This document shows, in pieces, positions 47,706-57,959 of a DNA stretch of 64,000 nucleotides. Source of the DNA: a bacterium (GTDB taxonomy: Bacteria; Desulfobacterota; DSWW01); the NCBI GenBank assembly GCA_040756235.1, contig JBFLZG010000103.1, positions 8,686-72,685 on the forward strand, read 5' to 3'. The notes below the pieces were generated by a model. That model had not been told where the DNA came from, made no database searches, and worked only from the letters and a program-made list of their open reading frames with translations. Each line of letters opens with the position of its first letter. The stretch's first letter is position 1. The translations under genes and the position numbers were made by a program.

Positions 47706-49493
47706 ATGGAATCTCGCCCGGGTGCGGCGGCCCTGCGCCGTCTGCTGCATGCACGGACCCGGCCGGCCTCGGCTCTTCTCGCACTGGCGGCTCTCGGGTG
47801 GACGATGACCTTGCTGCCGGCCGGGTGCGGCGACGGAGACGCTCCGGCGTCCGCGTCCTCGGGATCGGCTTCGGCCTGGACGGGCGATCCGGTCGTCAGC
47901 ACCCGCTACGGGGCCGTCAGGGGGCTGGAGGACCGGGCCGACACGTGGGTCTGGCCGGCCATTCCTTTTGCCAGACCGCCCGTCGGAGCGCTGCGCTGGA
48001 AAGCGCCCCTGGAGCCGGAAAGCTGGGAGGGCGTCCGGGAAACACACCGCTTCGCGAGCGCCTGCACACAATACCTGCCCGTCGGCGACGGGCTCATCGG
48101 CTGTGAAGACTGCCTCTATTTGAACGTCTGGCGGCCCAGGACCGGCGAGAGAAAGCTTCCGGTCTACTTCTGGATACACGGCGGCGGCAACTGCGTCGGT
48201 TCCGCGGTGGTGGCCGACGACTACAACGGCGCCAACCTGGCCGATCGATCCAACCTGGTCGTGGTCAGCATGAACTACAGGCTCGGCCCCATGGGTTGGC
48301 TGACGCATCCGGCCCTCCGGTCGGGTGCGCCCGGGGGGGAGCTGGACGATTCGGGCAACTACGGCACGCTGGATCTGATCCGGGCCCTTACATGGGTGCG
48401 GGACAACATCCAGGCGTTCGGGGGCGACCCGGAGCGGGTGATGATCGTCGGCGAGTCGGCCGGCGCCATCAACGTCCTTTCCCTGCTCGTGTCGCCGCCT
48501 GCGGCAGGCCTGTTCCACAAGGCGATGGCCGAGAGCGGGGGCCCCTTCACGAGCTCGGTGGAGGAAGGAGAGCAGGGTGCGCACGACCTGATCCTGAGGC
48601 TCCTGATCCGGGACGGGCTCGCGACCGACACGGCCGAGGCGGAGGCGCGCTTGCGCGGAATGTCGCCGGCGGAGATCGAATCCTACCTGCGCTCGAAGAC
48701 CGAGGACGAGATCATGAGGGGGTATGAAGCCGTGGCGTTCGGCATGCTCGATCTGCCCTATTTGTTCGAAGATGGCGTCGTCCTCCCCAGGGAGGGGTTC
48801 CAGGCACTGGAGACGGGGGCCTACCCCAACAAGGTGCCGGTCATCGTGGGAAGTAACAAGGAGGAGCTGAAGCTGTTCCTGTTTGCCGACCCTTTCTTCG
48901 AAGGGAAGGACGATCTCTACCAGGTCGTGGCGTATTACGGGAGTGACACGTGGAAGGCCTTCGGCGTCGACGAGATCGCCCGGAGCCTGCGCTCCAACGC
49001 GGACCAGCCGGAGGTCCGTGCGTATCAGTTCCTCTGGGGGGCGGGCGGAGAAACGGGCGAGAGCGAGCTGCCGGATCCGTGGGGGTTCAGGCTGGGCTGT
49101 TTCCACGCTCTCGAGGTCCCTTTCTTCTTCGGCAACGAGAGCCTCTTCGGCTTTTTGCAGCTCCTGCTCTTCACCGAGGAAAACCGCCCGGGCAGGGAGG
49201 CGCTCACCTCTGCCATGATGCGATACGTCGCCCGGTTCGCCCATACGGGCGACCCCAATGACGAGTCCTCCGGCCTGCCCGAGTGGGCCCCGTGGAGCAA
49301 CGAGGAGGGCGGGCCAAAGTGCATTCTCTTCGACGTGGATGAAAGCCAGCAGATCGACGTCCGGATGTCGGCCGTGGAGTTGACCCAGTCCGGGGTCCGG
49401 GAGAGGATGGGTGCCGAGGTTCCGGAGCCTCTGTACTCCCAAGCCGTGGACTACCTGGAGGGGTTCTGGCTGGGTTCCGCCCCCGGTCAGTAA
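47706..49493 (+). CDS. Carboxylesterase type B lipoprotein
   Basis: Lipobox PAGC; EDCLYLN, WIHGGG, GESAG, HALEVPFFF; paralog of 26873-28729. Confidence 0.93.
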   Translation: MESRPGAAALRRLLHARTRPASALLALAALGWTMTLLPAGCGDGDAPASASSGSASAWTGDPVVSTRYGAVRGLEDRADTWVWPAIPFARPPVGALRWKAPLEPESWEGVRETHRFASACTQYLPVGDGLIGCEDCLYLNVWRPRTGERKLPVYFWIHGGGNCVGSAVVADDYNGANLADRSNLVVVSMNYRLGPMGWLTHPALRSGAPGGELDDSGNYGTLDLIRALTWVRDNIQAFGGDPERVMIVGESAGAINVLSLLVSPPAAGLFHKAMAESGGPFTSSVEEGEQGAHDLILRLLIRDGLATDTAEAEARLRGMSPAEIESYLRSKTEDEIMRGYEAVAFGMLDLPYLFEDGVVLPREGFQALETGAYPNKVPVIVGSNKEELKLFLFADPFFEGKDDLYQVVAYYGSDTWKAFGVDEIARSLRSNADQPEVRAYQFLWGAGGETGESELPDPWGFRLGCFHALEVPFFFGNESLFGFLQLLLFTEENRPGREALTSAMMRYVARFAHTGDPNDESSGLPEWAPWSNEEGGPKCILFDVDESQQIDVRMSAVELTQSGVRERMGAEVPEPLYSQAVDYLEGFWLGSAPGQ

Positions 49494-49943
49494 GAGGCTG
49501 TTGGACGGGGATGGCCGAAGGCGTACCGCCCAGCCCCGAACACCGCCTTTTCGCCCCCGATCCGCCTCCCTTGGAAATGGAAGCGTTCCCGGAAATTTGG
49601 GCGCTGCCTTTGCCTTCGGGCTGCATCTAACGAGTGAAACGGGCACCCCGATCCGAAAGAGGGGCTCCTCAGGAGGGGGGGCCGAACGCCAAGCGAGGGG
49701 ATGGCGCTTGCGCTTCGACAATGACCCGAATCGAGGGATTCAGACCGACTTCCGACGGATCTCGCCTGCGAACGCAGATAGTCATTTCCCTGCTCTTGCG
49801 GACTCTCCAATCGTTTGCCTGATGGCCGGTCCGGCGGGCTGCGAGGCCCATGCCGGAAGAACCAGAAACGGAAACCGGGTCGCGAGCCCTGGCAGCCGAG
49901 CCGGTGGCGAGGGGATCCGCGATACCACGGATGACGCGAGGAA

Positions 49944-50498
49944 ATGATTTTCAAGAGACGCGTGGTCATCGCAGGCCGGATCGTCCGGATCTACGAAAGG
50001 GGCGGCATTCTTCTGTCCAAATCGGGTGAATCCCTGGAGGAGATCAGCGACGGCATGCTCCGGGAGGGATCGCCCGAAGCAGAAGCGGTATCGGGCTGCC
50101 TCCTCTGCGACCGTCCTTCCAGTCACTGGGGGCTCTTCATGACCGGCGAGGAAGCCGCCTCGTTCGGCGGGGCTCACGCCTGCGAATCGGCCGGCACCTT
50201 CTTCGGGCTGTGCGGAAAGCACGATCCGCACGAGAATGAGGACGAGGTCTGTGATGCCGCCTACTGGGTCATGGCTTCCTATGTGGCGGTGGAAGGGGGC
50301 ATCCGCCTGGCCGAGGAGGCCGTGAACACCTGGTTCGAGCTGCTGATCCGGGAGGGCCTGAACAAGGAGCAGGCCCTGAGGCATGTTCTTTCCAGGGTCG
50401 AGCAGGGCGAGCTTCTCGACGGGTTCGAGATGCCCGAGGACGTCAAGGCGGCAGTGTCCATGGCGCTCCAGGACGAGCTGAAAAGAGAGTCCCTGTAA
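49944..50498 (+). CDS. Hypothetical protein with CxxC...C/H motif
   Basis: GAGGA RBS; CLLCD...LCGKH; acidic composition. Confidence 0.6.
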   Translation: MIFKRRVVIAGRIVRIYERGGILLSKSGESLEEISDGMLREGSPEAEAVSGCLLCDRPSSHWGLFMTGEEAASFGGAHACESAGTFFGLCGKHDPHENEDEVCDAAYWVMASYVAVEGGIRLAEEAVNTWFELLIREGLNKEQALRHVLSRVEQGELLDGFEMPEDVKAAVSMALQDELKRESL

Positions 50499-50760
50499 GG
50501 GAAACAAGGCCGCACCTTCCGGCCGTGTGCCGCCCGGCCGTGTCCCTCCGCCGCCGCTGCGCCGCGGCAGCGGACCCGCATGCGCTCGTCGGACACGGTT
50601 CATTCCCGTGCCTACCGCTCCGCCTCCCCGCAAATCGTTTGCATTGCCGTTGTTTCCGTGATACAGGCCTGATCTCGGGGGTTGTTTCGCCATGCCGGCG
50701 GAGCAGGTGGACCGGCTCGTGCCCGACTTCGCCGGGGGTGTCTCTCGAAAGGGGAACGAT

Positions 50761-52434
50761 ATGGCTGCCTCGAGCTATGTGCCCATCCGCTTCCCGAAGC
50801 GAAACATTCTGGAGTACGTCCAGGAGGCCGTGCGCAGGTCCCCGGAGCGATGCGCCGTCGTGTCCGGAGACGGAGCCGTCCGGCTGACCTTCGGCGAGGT
50901 CGATCGAAGGGCCAACCGGCTGGCCAGCGCCCTCGCGGAGCTCGGGGTGAAGCAGGGGGACAGAGTCGCCATCTTTCAGAGCAACCGCTGGCAGTACGTG
51001 GAGCAGTACCTGGCCATCCTCAAGCTGGGGGCCGTGTGCGTGCCGATGAATTTTCGCCTGAAAAGCCCGGAAGCGCTGTTCATCCTGAACGAGTCGGGTG
51101 CCGAGACCCTGCTGTTCGAGCAACGCTATCAGTCGATCTTCGAGCCGACTCTGGCTTACCAGCTCGCCGTGAAGAACCGCATCTGCACCGTGGGCGAAGC
51201 GCCCGAGTGGGCCATGGATTATGAGCGCCTGCTTGCAGGGTCGGCCGATTCCGATCCGCCGCCGGTGGATCTGGGGCCGGACAGCATCCTGGCCATCTGC
51301 TACACGAGCGGGACTACGGGGCTGCCGAAGGGGTCCGTCACCACGCACCGGAACGGAATGGTGAACTTCGAGGATTCCTTCGGAAAGAAGCTCATCGGAG
51401 TGGACGCGGTACACCCGGAGCTGGGGTACGTGGTCACCGCCTTGAACGTGCCCGCCTACCACATCGCCGGCATTTTCCTGCTCTACGCCGGCATGTGCAT
51501 CGGCGCCACGACCGTGATCCCGGAAGCGTTCCTGCCGCAGCAGTTCATGGAGATCGTGCAGCGGGAGAAGGTGACCCTCACCTATCTGGTCCCGGTCATG
51601 TTTTTTTTCATCCTCATGGACCCCGGGTTCCGCCGCTACGACCTCTCGAGCCTGCGCGTGGTGGCCTACGGCGCCATGCCGATGGACCCCGAGCTGCTGC
51701 AGAAGATCCTGACCGAGTTTCCTCCCGGAGTCCGCTACATGGACGCCTTCGGCTGCACGGAGTGCAATGCCACCAACATCGCCAAGGCGCCGGAGGACCA
51801 TGACTTGAGCGGCAGCCCGGAAGAGGTGGAAAAGAAGCGGAAACGGCTCAGAGGCATCGGTCGGCCTCTGACCGAGGGGATCGAGACGAAGATCGTCGAT
51901 CGTTACGGCAGCGAAGTCCCGCCCGGAGTCGTGGGGGAGGTGGTGTCGAGGGGTGAGAAGGTCACACCCGGATACTGGCGGAACCCCGAGAAGACGGCCG
52001 CCGCCTTCGACCGCCAGGGATGGTTCCACACCGGTGACTCGGCCTACAGGGACGAGGACGGCTATTACTATTTTGCCGACCGCTCGGGGGACATGATCAA
52101 TCGGGGAGGCGAGAACATCTTTCCGATCGAGGTCGAGAGAGTGCTGAGCCGGCACCCCGCGATCGCGGAGGCGGCCGTATTCGGCATCCCCGACCCTGCG
52201 TGGGGACAAAGAGTGATGGCAGCCGTAGTGCTCCGTCCCGGCCAGTCCGCAACCGAGGAGGAGATCATCCGTTTCTGCAAGGAAGGGCTGGCCAGCTACA
52301 AGGCGCCCAGTGCGATCCTGTTCAAGCAGAGCCTTCCGAGGACCTTTGAAGGGGGCAAGGTCAAGCGCAACGTGCTCCGGGAAGAGTGCCTGCGCAGTCC
52401 CCTGCTCACAGGGCGTTCGCCATCATTTCGTTGA
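50761..52434 (+). CDS. Acyl-CoA synthetase (AMP-binding)
   Basis: YTSGTTGLPKG, FGCTE, WFHTGD, DMINRGGENI. Confidence 0.93.
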   Translation: MAASSYVPIRFPKRNILEYVQEAVRRSPERCAVVSGDGAVRLTFGEVDRRANRLASALAELGVKQGDRVAIFQSNRWQYVEQYLAILKLGAVCVPMNFRLKSPEALFILNESGAETLLFEQRYQSIFEPTLAYQLAVKNRICTVGEAPEWAMDYERLLAGSADSDPPPVDLGPDSILAICYTSGTTGLPKGSVTTHRNGMVNFEDSFGKKLIGVDAVHPELGYVVTALNVPAYHIAGIFLLYAGMCIGATTVIPEAFLPQQFMEIVQREKVTLTYLVPVMFFFILMDPGFRRYDLSSLRVVAYGAMPMDPELLQKILTEFPPGVRYMDAFGCTECNATNIAKAPEDHDLSGSPEEVEKKRKRLRGIGRPLTEGIETKIVDRYGSEVPPGVVGEVVSRGEKVTPGYWRNPEKTAAAFDRQGWFHTGDSAYRDEDGYYYFADRSGDMINRGGENIFPIEVERVLSRHPAIAEAAVFGIPDPAWGQRVMAAVVLRPGQSATEEEIIRFCKEGLASYKAPSAILFKQSLPRTFEGGKVKRNVLREECLRSPLLTGRSPSFR

Positions 52435-52966
52435 TGTAAGGAGCCACCGCCTTCTCGAGCTCCTTCAGCTCGGGTCCATGGTCGAGGTCGGCCAGGGCGT
52501 GAGCGAGCTCGTGCCGGAGCAGCCCGATCAAGTCGTCCTCCTTCGATCCCATGCGGTTGATGAAGATCACCTCGTCGCCGGCATAGCCGCCGAGCCCGAC
52601 CGACTGGTCCGTGGCCGCGACGTCCAGCACCTTGGGAAGGTCTCCCCATCGGTCCGCGCACTCCGACGACTGGCACCCGCCCGTGGTGCGGCAGACCTGG
52701 GGGATCTCTTGGTCCATGGATCTTGCAAAGAAGAGACACTGGTCGGGACGGGAGCTCAGACCGGCCCACTCGGGGTCCTCGGAGGACAGTCTCCGGAAGC
52801 CCTGGATGACGGCCGTGACGGCCTGGAGCTCCTCATCCGTGATCGACGAACAGATGGAGACGCCCTCTACGACGCTCATCACCTGAGCCGGGTCCTCGGA
52901 GTCGTCGGTTCCACAGGACAGAAGCGAGACCAGGAGGAGCAGAACGGACATTTTTTTCGTGGCCAT
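52406..52966 (-). CDS. Lipoprotein with HExxH motif
   Basis: Lipobox LLSC; LLRHELAHAL. Confidence 0.7.
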   Translation of the reverse strand: MATKKMSVLLLLVSLLSCGTDDSEDPAQVMSVVEGVSICSSITDEELQAVTAVIQGFRRLSSEDPEWAGLSSRPDQCLFFARSMDQEIPQVCRTTGGCQSSECADRWGDLPKVLDVAATDQSVGLGGYAGDEVIFINRMGSKEDDLIGLLRHELAHALADLDHGPELKELEKAVAPYINEMMANAL

Positions 52967-53349
52967 GCCATGTCCTTTTCCCCCCCTGGCGGTGCTGAAG
53001 AGTGTGCTCCGGATGTCTCACATACCGTTGTGCTGCCGATTAGATGCATGCTCCCCGGTTTTCGGATGGAGTCATTCTTCCTGGATTCACCTTCTTTTGT
53101 TTTCGGCGATCGGCCCGGGTACGGCGAAATTCCACGGTATCAGAGGAGCGAGCGGGCCGGGAGGCTGCGGTCGGCCGGAGCCCGGGAGCCTGCTCGAGCA
53201 GGATGGGCCGCCAGGTTTGGACACAGGAGGGGGTCATCCTGGAGAGGGGAAACCCCACAGCGGTCAGCGTGACCGCGGGCAACGGGAGAAGCGGCAATCC
53301 GTCGTTATGGATCCGGCGGCCGTCTTCTCCCGTTCCCCTGCGGAAGGAA

Positions 53350-53730
53350 TCAGCCTCGGACGAGGATGCCGCGATCGCTCCGGGGGCAGCTGCGGCGCTG
53401 GAGGATCTGGGATGCATCAGACGGCAGAAGGCCGCGCACGGCCGCGAGTTGCTGCTCCGCCTGGCCCGGTTCCGAGGTCAATCCACAGATGGAAACCAGG
53501 GCCCCCAGGTCAGGGAAGAGTGCGAGAATCGCATAAAAGGCCACGCCGGCGGCGACGATGGACAGGTTGTCCTGCGACTGCTCCTTCTTCACCCTGAGCA
53601 GGATGTCGTTCCAGCCGGACGGAGGAATCTGGTGCGGTTCATCCGCCTCCCTGCCCCTCGAGCCGTTGCCGTCGTTTCCGCCGTCTCTTTCCAAGAGCGT
53701 CTCCGTGCGTTTCATGAAACCTCGAGCCAT
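53350..53730 (-). pseudogene. Truncated YihY/BrkB-family membrane protein
   Basis: GREADEPHQIP..GWNDILLRV...DNLSIVAAGVAFYAILALFP; ends after ~110 aa. Confidence 0.75.
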
Positions 53731-53735
53731 GGGAT

Positions 53736-53935
53736 AGAGCCTGTTCCGAGACGCCGATCTGCTTCATTCTCTCCACCCTGCGGCGTACCGAACGGTCCAT
53801 CATTCCTCCGCTGGAGCTTTCGAACAAGCTCTGACAGGCCGTCGAGAAAGGCCGATCTGCGCGTTGCGCTGCGCGTAGTGTAAGGTACGGTCCTCAGCGC
53901 CTGCATCCGGACCTCTCTGCACGTCTGCACATCCT
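53736..53935. mobile_element. Two degenerate MITE family A copies
   Basis: AGAGCCTGTTCC...GATCTGC...GCGGCGTAC...AACAAGCTCT followed by GATCTGCGCGTTGCGCT...CCTCAGCGCCTGCATC. Confidence 0.5.
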
Positions 53936-53948
53936 GCCTAGGACTGCC

Positions 53949-54208
53949 CATTACCCACAAGTCGGCCCAGCACGGACGCAACGCGAAATCCAGCTCGAAA
54001 CCGCCATTCGGGAGGAGCGGGGAGCGGACCGCCGCGGTTTCCTCAGTTCCGTCACCCCGGCGCAGGCCGGGGTCCAGTCCCTGCTCCGCGTGATGACACC
54101 TCCGTTCCCTTGTGCAGACTTCTGGATCCCGGCTCGCACGCGCTACGCGGCGGGGCCGGGATGACGGACAGAGTCAGTGTGATCTTTCAGATTGACTTGT
54201 GGGTAATG
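53949..54208. mobile_element. MITE family B with 15-bp TIRs enclosing a REP doublet
   Basis: CATTACCCACAAGTC / GACTTGTGGGTAATG; internal CCGTCACCCCGGCGCAGGCCGGGGTCCAG ... CTGGATCCCGGC...GCCGGGATGACGG. Confidence 0.7.
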
Positions 54209-54857
54209 CGCAGGCCCAGGAGCCGGCTTTCAACCGGTTCCTACGATAGATGCCTTTATAGAGAAAAACGCAGCATCCGAACCGCCTTCCCCGGGGCAAT
54301 CGCGCGACAGTTGAGCGCGGTCTTCGAGGATCCGATCAGGTCGGACTTGCTTGCGCCTCTCGAAACGTTCGACGATGCCGGCCCAGCCAGAAAGCTCCGT
54401 CCGCACCGGAGGGTCTCACAATTGAGACCGTACCGTCTCATGGATGAGCGTGGAGCAAGAGAAAAGGCGCGGGCCGAGGAGCTATCGGGTCGGTCGGGAT
54501 CCGCGGTATGCACGGCTACCGGCTTGTCTCACGGGCCTGCACGGCCCATCTTTCTGACAGGCTCTCGGTGGAAAGGGCTGGCGGCCCATCCCTTGCAAGG
54601 CTGGTGGCCATAAACATGCGGACTTTCCTCGCCACCTGAGACGACTCCGCAGCCGGCAGCCGACGGGAGCAAACATGCCCTTCTCGCGAGCCTGACACGT
54701 GGAGGAAGGCGCCTGGGGTGGGTTTCCAAAGGATGCTCGTAATGGTGTAGAGGTATGGAGGAACGGAATCGCACCCTTTGCCTGGAAGGTGACCAACGGC
54801 TCGCCGCACGTTCCGGCGGATGACCGGTTCCAAAGGAAGTGAAGATCGGGGGGAAAC

Positions 54858-56489
54858 ATGATCTCCAGACGACCTTGGATGCTGTCGAGCATGGTCTGTG
54901 CGTCCGTGATCTTCGGGCTGGCGCTTCCTGCCGGAGCCGTGTACATCGACGGCCAGCGTACCCTGAAGCTTTCGGCAAAAGTCCAGAGCCGGTTCTCTTT
55001 GCGCATGAACGATTCGGAAGGGTTCACCTTCCCGGATGTTACAGTGGGCGATCTGGTCCAGCAGCGCAACTTGGCCTTGCTCGAGATCGATCATGACCTC
55101 AAGGAGTTGACCGAGCAGCTGGACCTGCTTTATCCACTGCGGGCGCTCAGGGTCAGGGCGAAATATCACCTCGTGGGCCGCTTCCTGTATGAGGGGATCT
55201 ATGATTACGGCCCGGAGGTCTTTCAGGATGTCCAGGACCGGGACCGGGACAATATCGAAAGTTTCAAGCAGAGCTACGATCTCTGGGAGTGCTATCTGGA
55301 CCTGTCTCGAGGGCCGATTTTCTTCCGCGTCGGCAGGCAGAATCTTTCGTGGGGCGAGACCGATCTGTTCCGGCTGCTCGACAACATCAACCCCCTGGAC
55401 AACACCTTCGGGGGTCCCTTCGAGGATCTGGATGATCGCAGGATCCCGCTCTGGATGCTGCGGGGCAGCTACAACTTCGGGGACGTGGGCCCGATCAAAT
55501 CCCTCTCACTGGAGAGTTTCTGGGTGCCGGGGTTCTGGGACGTACGCGTAGCCCCGTGGGCCCCCAAGGGCACGCCGTACTCGGCGCCTTTGCCGGAAGA
55601 TCTCCTGCGGTTCCTGCGTTTCAGCTACCCGGGCAAGAACATGGACAACAGCCGCTGGGGGTTTCGTGTCATGGGCCTCGTGGGCTCAAATCTGAATATG
55701 TCCATCGGCCACTACAGGACCTTCCTGGACACCCCCGCCCTGCGGGCGGTCGTTACAAGCGAGAGTCCGGTTCTCATCGACATCAACGCGCTGGAGTTGG
55801 AGGCTTCCTATGAACCGGTCCACATTACCGGCGCAGCCATGAACTATTTTGAGAGCTACACGAACGTGGTGTTCCGAGGGGAAGTGGGCTGGTTCTGGGA
55901 CGAGCCTGTTCTCATCCCGCAAAAGAACCTGAGCGTGCTGTACGGTCCGGTCCTGCCCCTGCCGGACGCGGTGCTGGACGAAGCAACCAGGCTCTTCGGT
56001 CTCGACGTGCGGGACCTGGGCCTCAACGGGTTGCCCCTGGACCCGCAGAGCGGGACCATCCCTACCAAGGACTTTTTACGTTACATGATCGGGCTCGACA
56101 AGCAGTTCTGGGTCCGCCCGCTGAACTCGACCACCATGTTCTTCCTATCTCTTCAATACTTCGGCCAGTGGGTTCCGGACTACGACAAGCGGATGCGTCA
56201 AGGCCTGTCGCTCTACCCCAACCCGGTCGACTTTGCGGCCGTGAAGGAGACCGAGCACGTCGTCACCTCCGTGCTCAACACCAGCTATGAAGAGGGCACG
56301 ATCACGCCCCAGCTGGCGCTGGCCTACGACGTACGCGGCGCGTGGCTCATTCAGCCTTCGGTCAACTATATCTACGAACCGTTTCGCATCAGCTTTCAGT
56401 ACAGCATCATTGAGGGGAGATTCACCAATTTCGGCGCCTTCCGGGATCGGGATCAGATCACGCTGATTCTCAGCTACCTTCTGCCGTGA
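54858..56489 (+). CDS. DUF1302-like outer membrane beta-barrel protein
   Basis: Signal peptide; LWECYLD, RVGRQNLSWGETD, INPLD, RIPLWM, DRDQITL C-terminus; paired with DUF1329. Confidence 0.75.
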   Translation: MISRRPWMLSSMVCASVIFGLALPAGAVYIDGQRTLKLSAKVQSRFSLRMNDSEGFTFPDVTVGDLVQQRNLALLEIDHDLKELTEQLDLLYPLRALRVRAKYHLVGRFLYEGIYDYGPEVFQDVQDRDRDNIESFKQSYDLWECYLDLSRGPIFFRVGRQNLSWGETDLFRLLDNINPLDNTFGGPFEDLDDRRIPLWMLRGSYNFGDVGPIKSLSLESFWVPGFWDVRVAPWAPKGTPYSAPLPEDLLRFLRFSYPGKNMDNSRWGFRVMGLVGSNLNMSIGHYRTFLDTPALRAVVTSESPVLIDINALELEASYEPVHITGAAMNYFESYTNVVFRGEVGWFWDEPVLIPQKNLSVLYGPVLPLPDAVLDEATRLFGLDVRDLGLNGLPLDPQSGTIPTKDFLRYMIGLDKQFWVRPLNSTTMFFLSLQYFGQWVPDYDKRMRQGLSLYPNPVDFAAVKETEHVVTSVLNTSYEEGTITPQLALAYDVRGAWLIQPSVNYIYEPFRISFQYSIIEGRFTNFGAFRDRDQITLILSYLLP

Positions 56490-56571
56490 AGGACGACCTG
56501 GAAACCCGGGACGCACCCGGTCAGGAGAGATGGTGCCATGGAATCCTCTAGCGGAGAACGAGGAGACGACG

Positions 56572-57879
56572 ATGAGGAGAGAACGATCCCGCAAGATCGT
56601 CTGCGCCACGCTTGTGAGCCTTGCACTTGTCTGCTGCACGTGGCGCCGTGCCGGAGCGGATGTGTCTCCGGGTGACGTGATCGACAAGACCAACTGGGAG
56701 AAAGCCGAAGGGCTGCTCCCGGATTCCGTGCTGAATTGGGTCAAGAAAGGAGATTTCGTTCTAACTATCGGAGATCTGGACTATGCCGAGAAGGACTATT
56801 TCACGGAGTCGGCTTTGAAGTCCCTAGAGTCGAACAAGGGCAGGTACGAGGTCAACGCAGACGACGTGATCGTGGATGCCGCAACCGGGAAGGTGCCGGA
56901 CTTCATCGAAGGCATTCCCTTTCCGGAGGTCGACCTGAACGATCCGAGAGCCGGGCAGAAGCTTCTCTACAACAAGCATTATCACTCCTTCACCTTCGGC
57001 GGCATCATGTATACGGTTCCCGTGAAGTGGATCGGTCGTGGCGGGTTCGAGAGGCAAGCGGTTGCGCTCTACATGAACTTTCCCATGGACGGGTACGCCC
57101 CCAGCAAGCTTCTGGATAATCCTGACGGCATTGAACGCTATACGATCATCAGCGCGCTGGAGCCGTACGACATCTCCGGATTCGCGCTCATGCTCTGGCG
57201 CTATCGCGACGAGCGTGAAGACGTGAACCTGGCCTATGTGCCGGCCATCCGTCGCGTGCGGCGCATGAGCCCGGCGAATCGGTCCGATTCTTGGATGGGC
57301 TGTGACTTGGTCTGGGATGACGCCTGGGGATTCGACGGCAAGGTCGGCAAGTTCAAATGGAAGGTCCTTCGCAGCCAGGAGACCCTGGTGCCCTATACGA
57401 GCCGGAAGGTCGAGCGAGTGACGGCAAACAAACGGGGGGAGTGGGAGACCACCCCGGAGATCACGCCGATTCGGTATGGCTACGAAACGAACGGATGGGG
57501 CGGGGCTCCATGGGCCCCCGTGAGTTACGTCTGGGTGAAGAAACGTGTTCACATCATCGAGGCGGTCTCCAAGGATCCGTACTACAACTACGGAAAGCAG
57601 GAGATTTGGTTCGACCCGGACATTTTTTCCCCGAAGTACAAGATCGCCTACGATCGCTCGGGGACCTATTGGAAGACGTATTTCAGCTGCCTGGCAGGTG
57701 CGGAGAGCGAGGATGGGAAGCTCAAGTTCATGCTGATCACCAACCAGATGATCGTGGACGAGCGCACCCAGCATGCATCGATCTGCACGGGCGGAACGAG
57801 AGAGCTGAAAATGGTCAACTTCGCGAATATCGATCTGAACGACTTCACCCTTGCCGGGTTCCAGAAGTACTGCAAGTAA
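56572..57879 (+). CDS. DUF1329-family periplasmic protein
   Basis: GDVIDKTNW, GIPFP, YVPAIRRVRR, DPYYNYGK, YDRSGTYWK. Confidence 0.85.
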   Translation: MRRERSRKIVCATLVSLALVCCTWRRAGADVSPGDVIDKTNWEKAEGLLPDSVLNWVKKGDFVLTIGDLDYAEKDYFTESALKSLESNKGRYEVNADDVIVDAATGKVPDFIEGIPFPEVDLNDPRAGQKLLYNKHYHSFTFGGIMYTVPVKWIGRGGFERQAVALYMNFPMDGYAPSKLLDNPDGIERYTIISALEPYDISGFALMLWRYRDEREDVNLAYVPAIRRVRRMSPANRSDSWMGCDLVWDDAWGFDGKVGKFKWKVLRSQETLVPYTSRKVERVTANKRGEWETTPEITPIRYGYETNGWGGAPWAPVSYVWVKKRVHIIEAVSKDPYYNYGKQEIWFDPDIFSPKYKIAYDRSGTYWKTYFSCLAGAESEDGKLKFMLITNQMIVDERTQHASICTGGTRELKMVNFANIDLNDFTLAGFQKYCK

Positions 57880-57959
57880 CCGGATAGCGGCGAAATCCCG
57901 AGGAGCGATTTCTCGTGCCAGACGACGCGGCAGAGAGGGGGCCGAAGGAGAAGGGAGTC

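Noticed and set aside
54605..54620. sigma54 promoter upstream of DUF1302 (TGGCCATAAACATGC)
   Set aside because: Only the minimal GG-N10-GC match, with no supporting enhancer seen.
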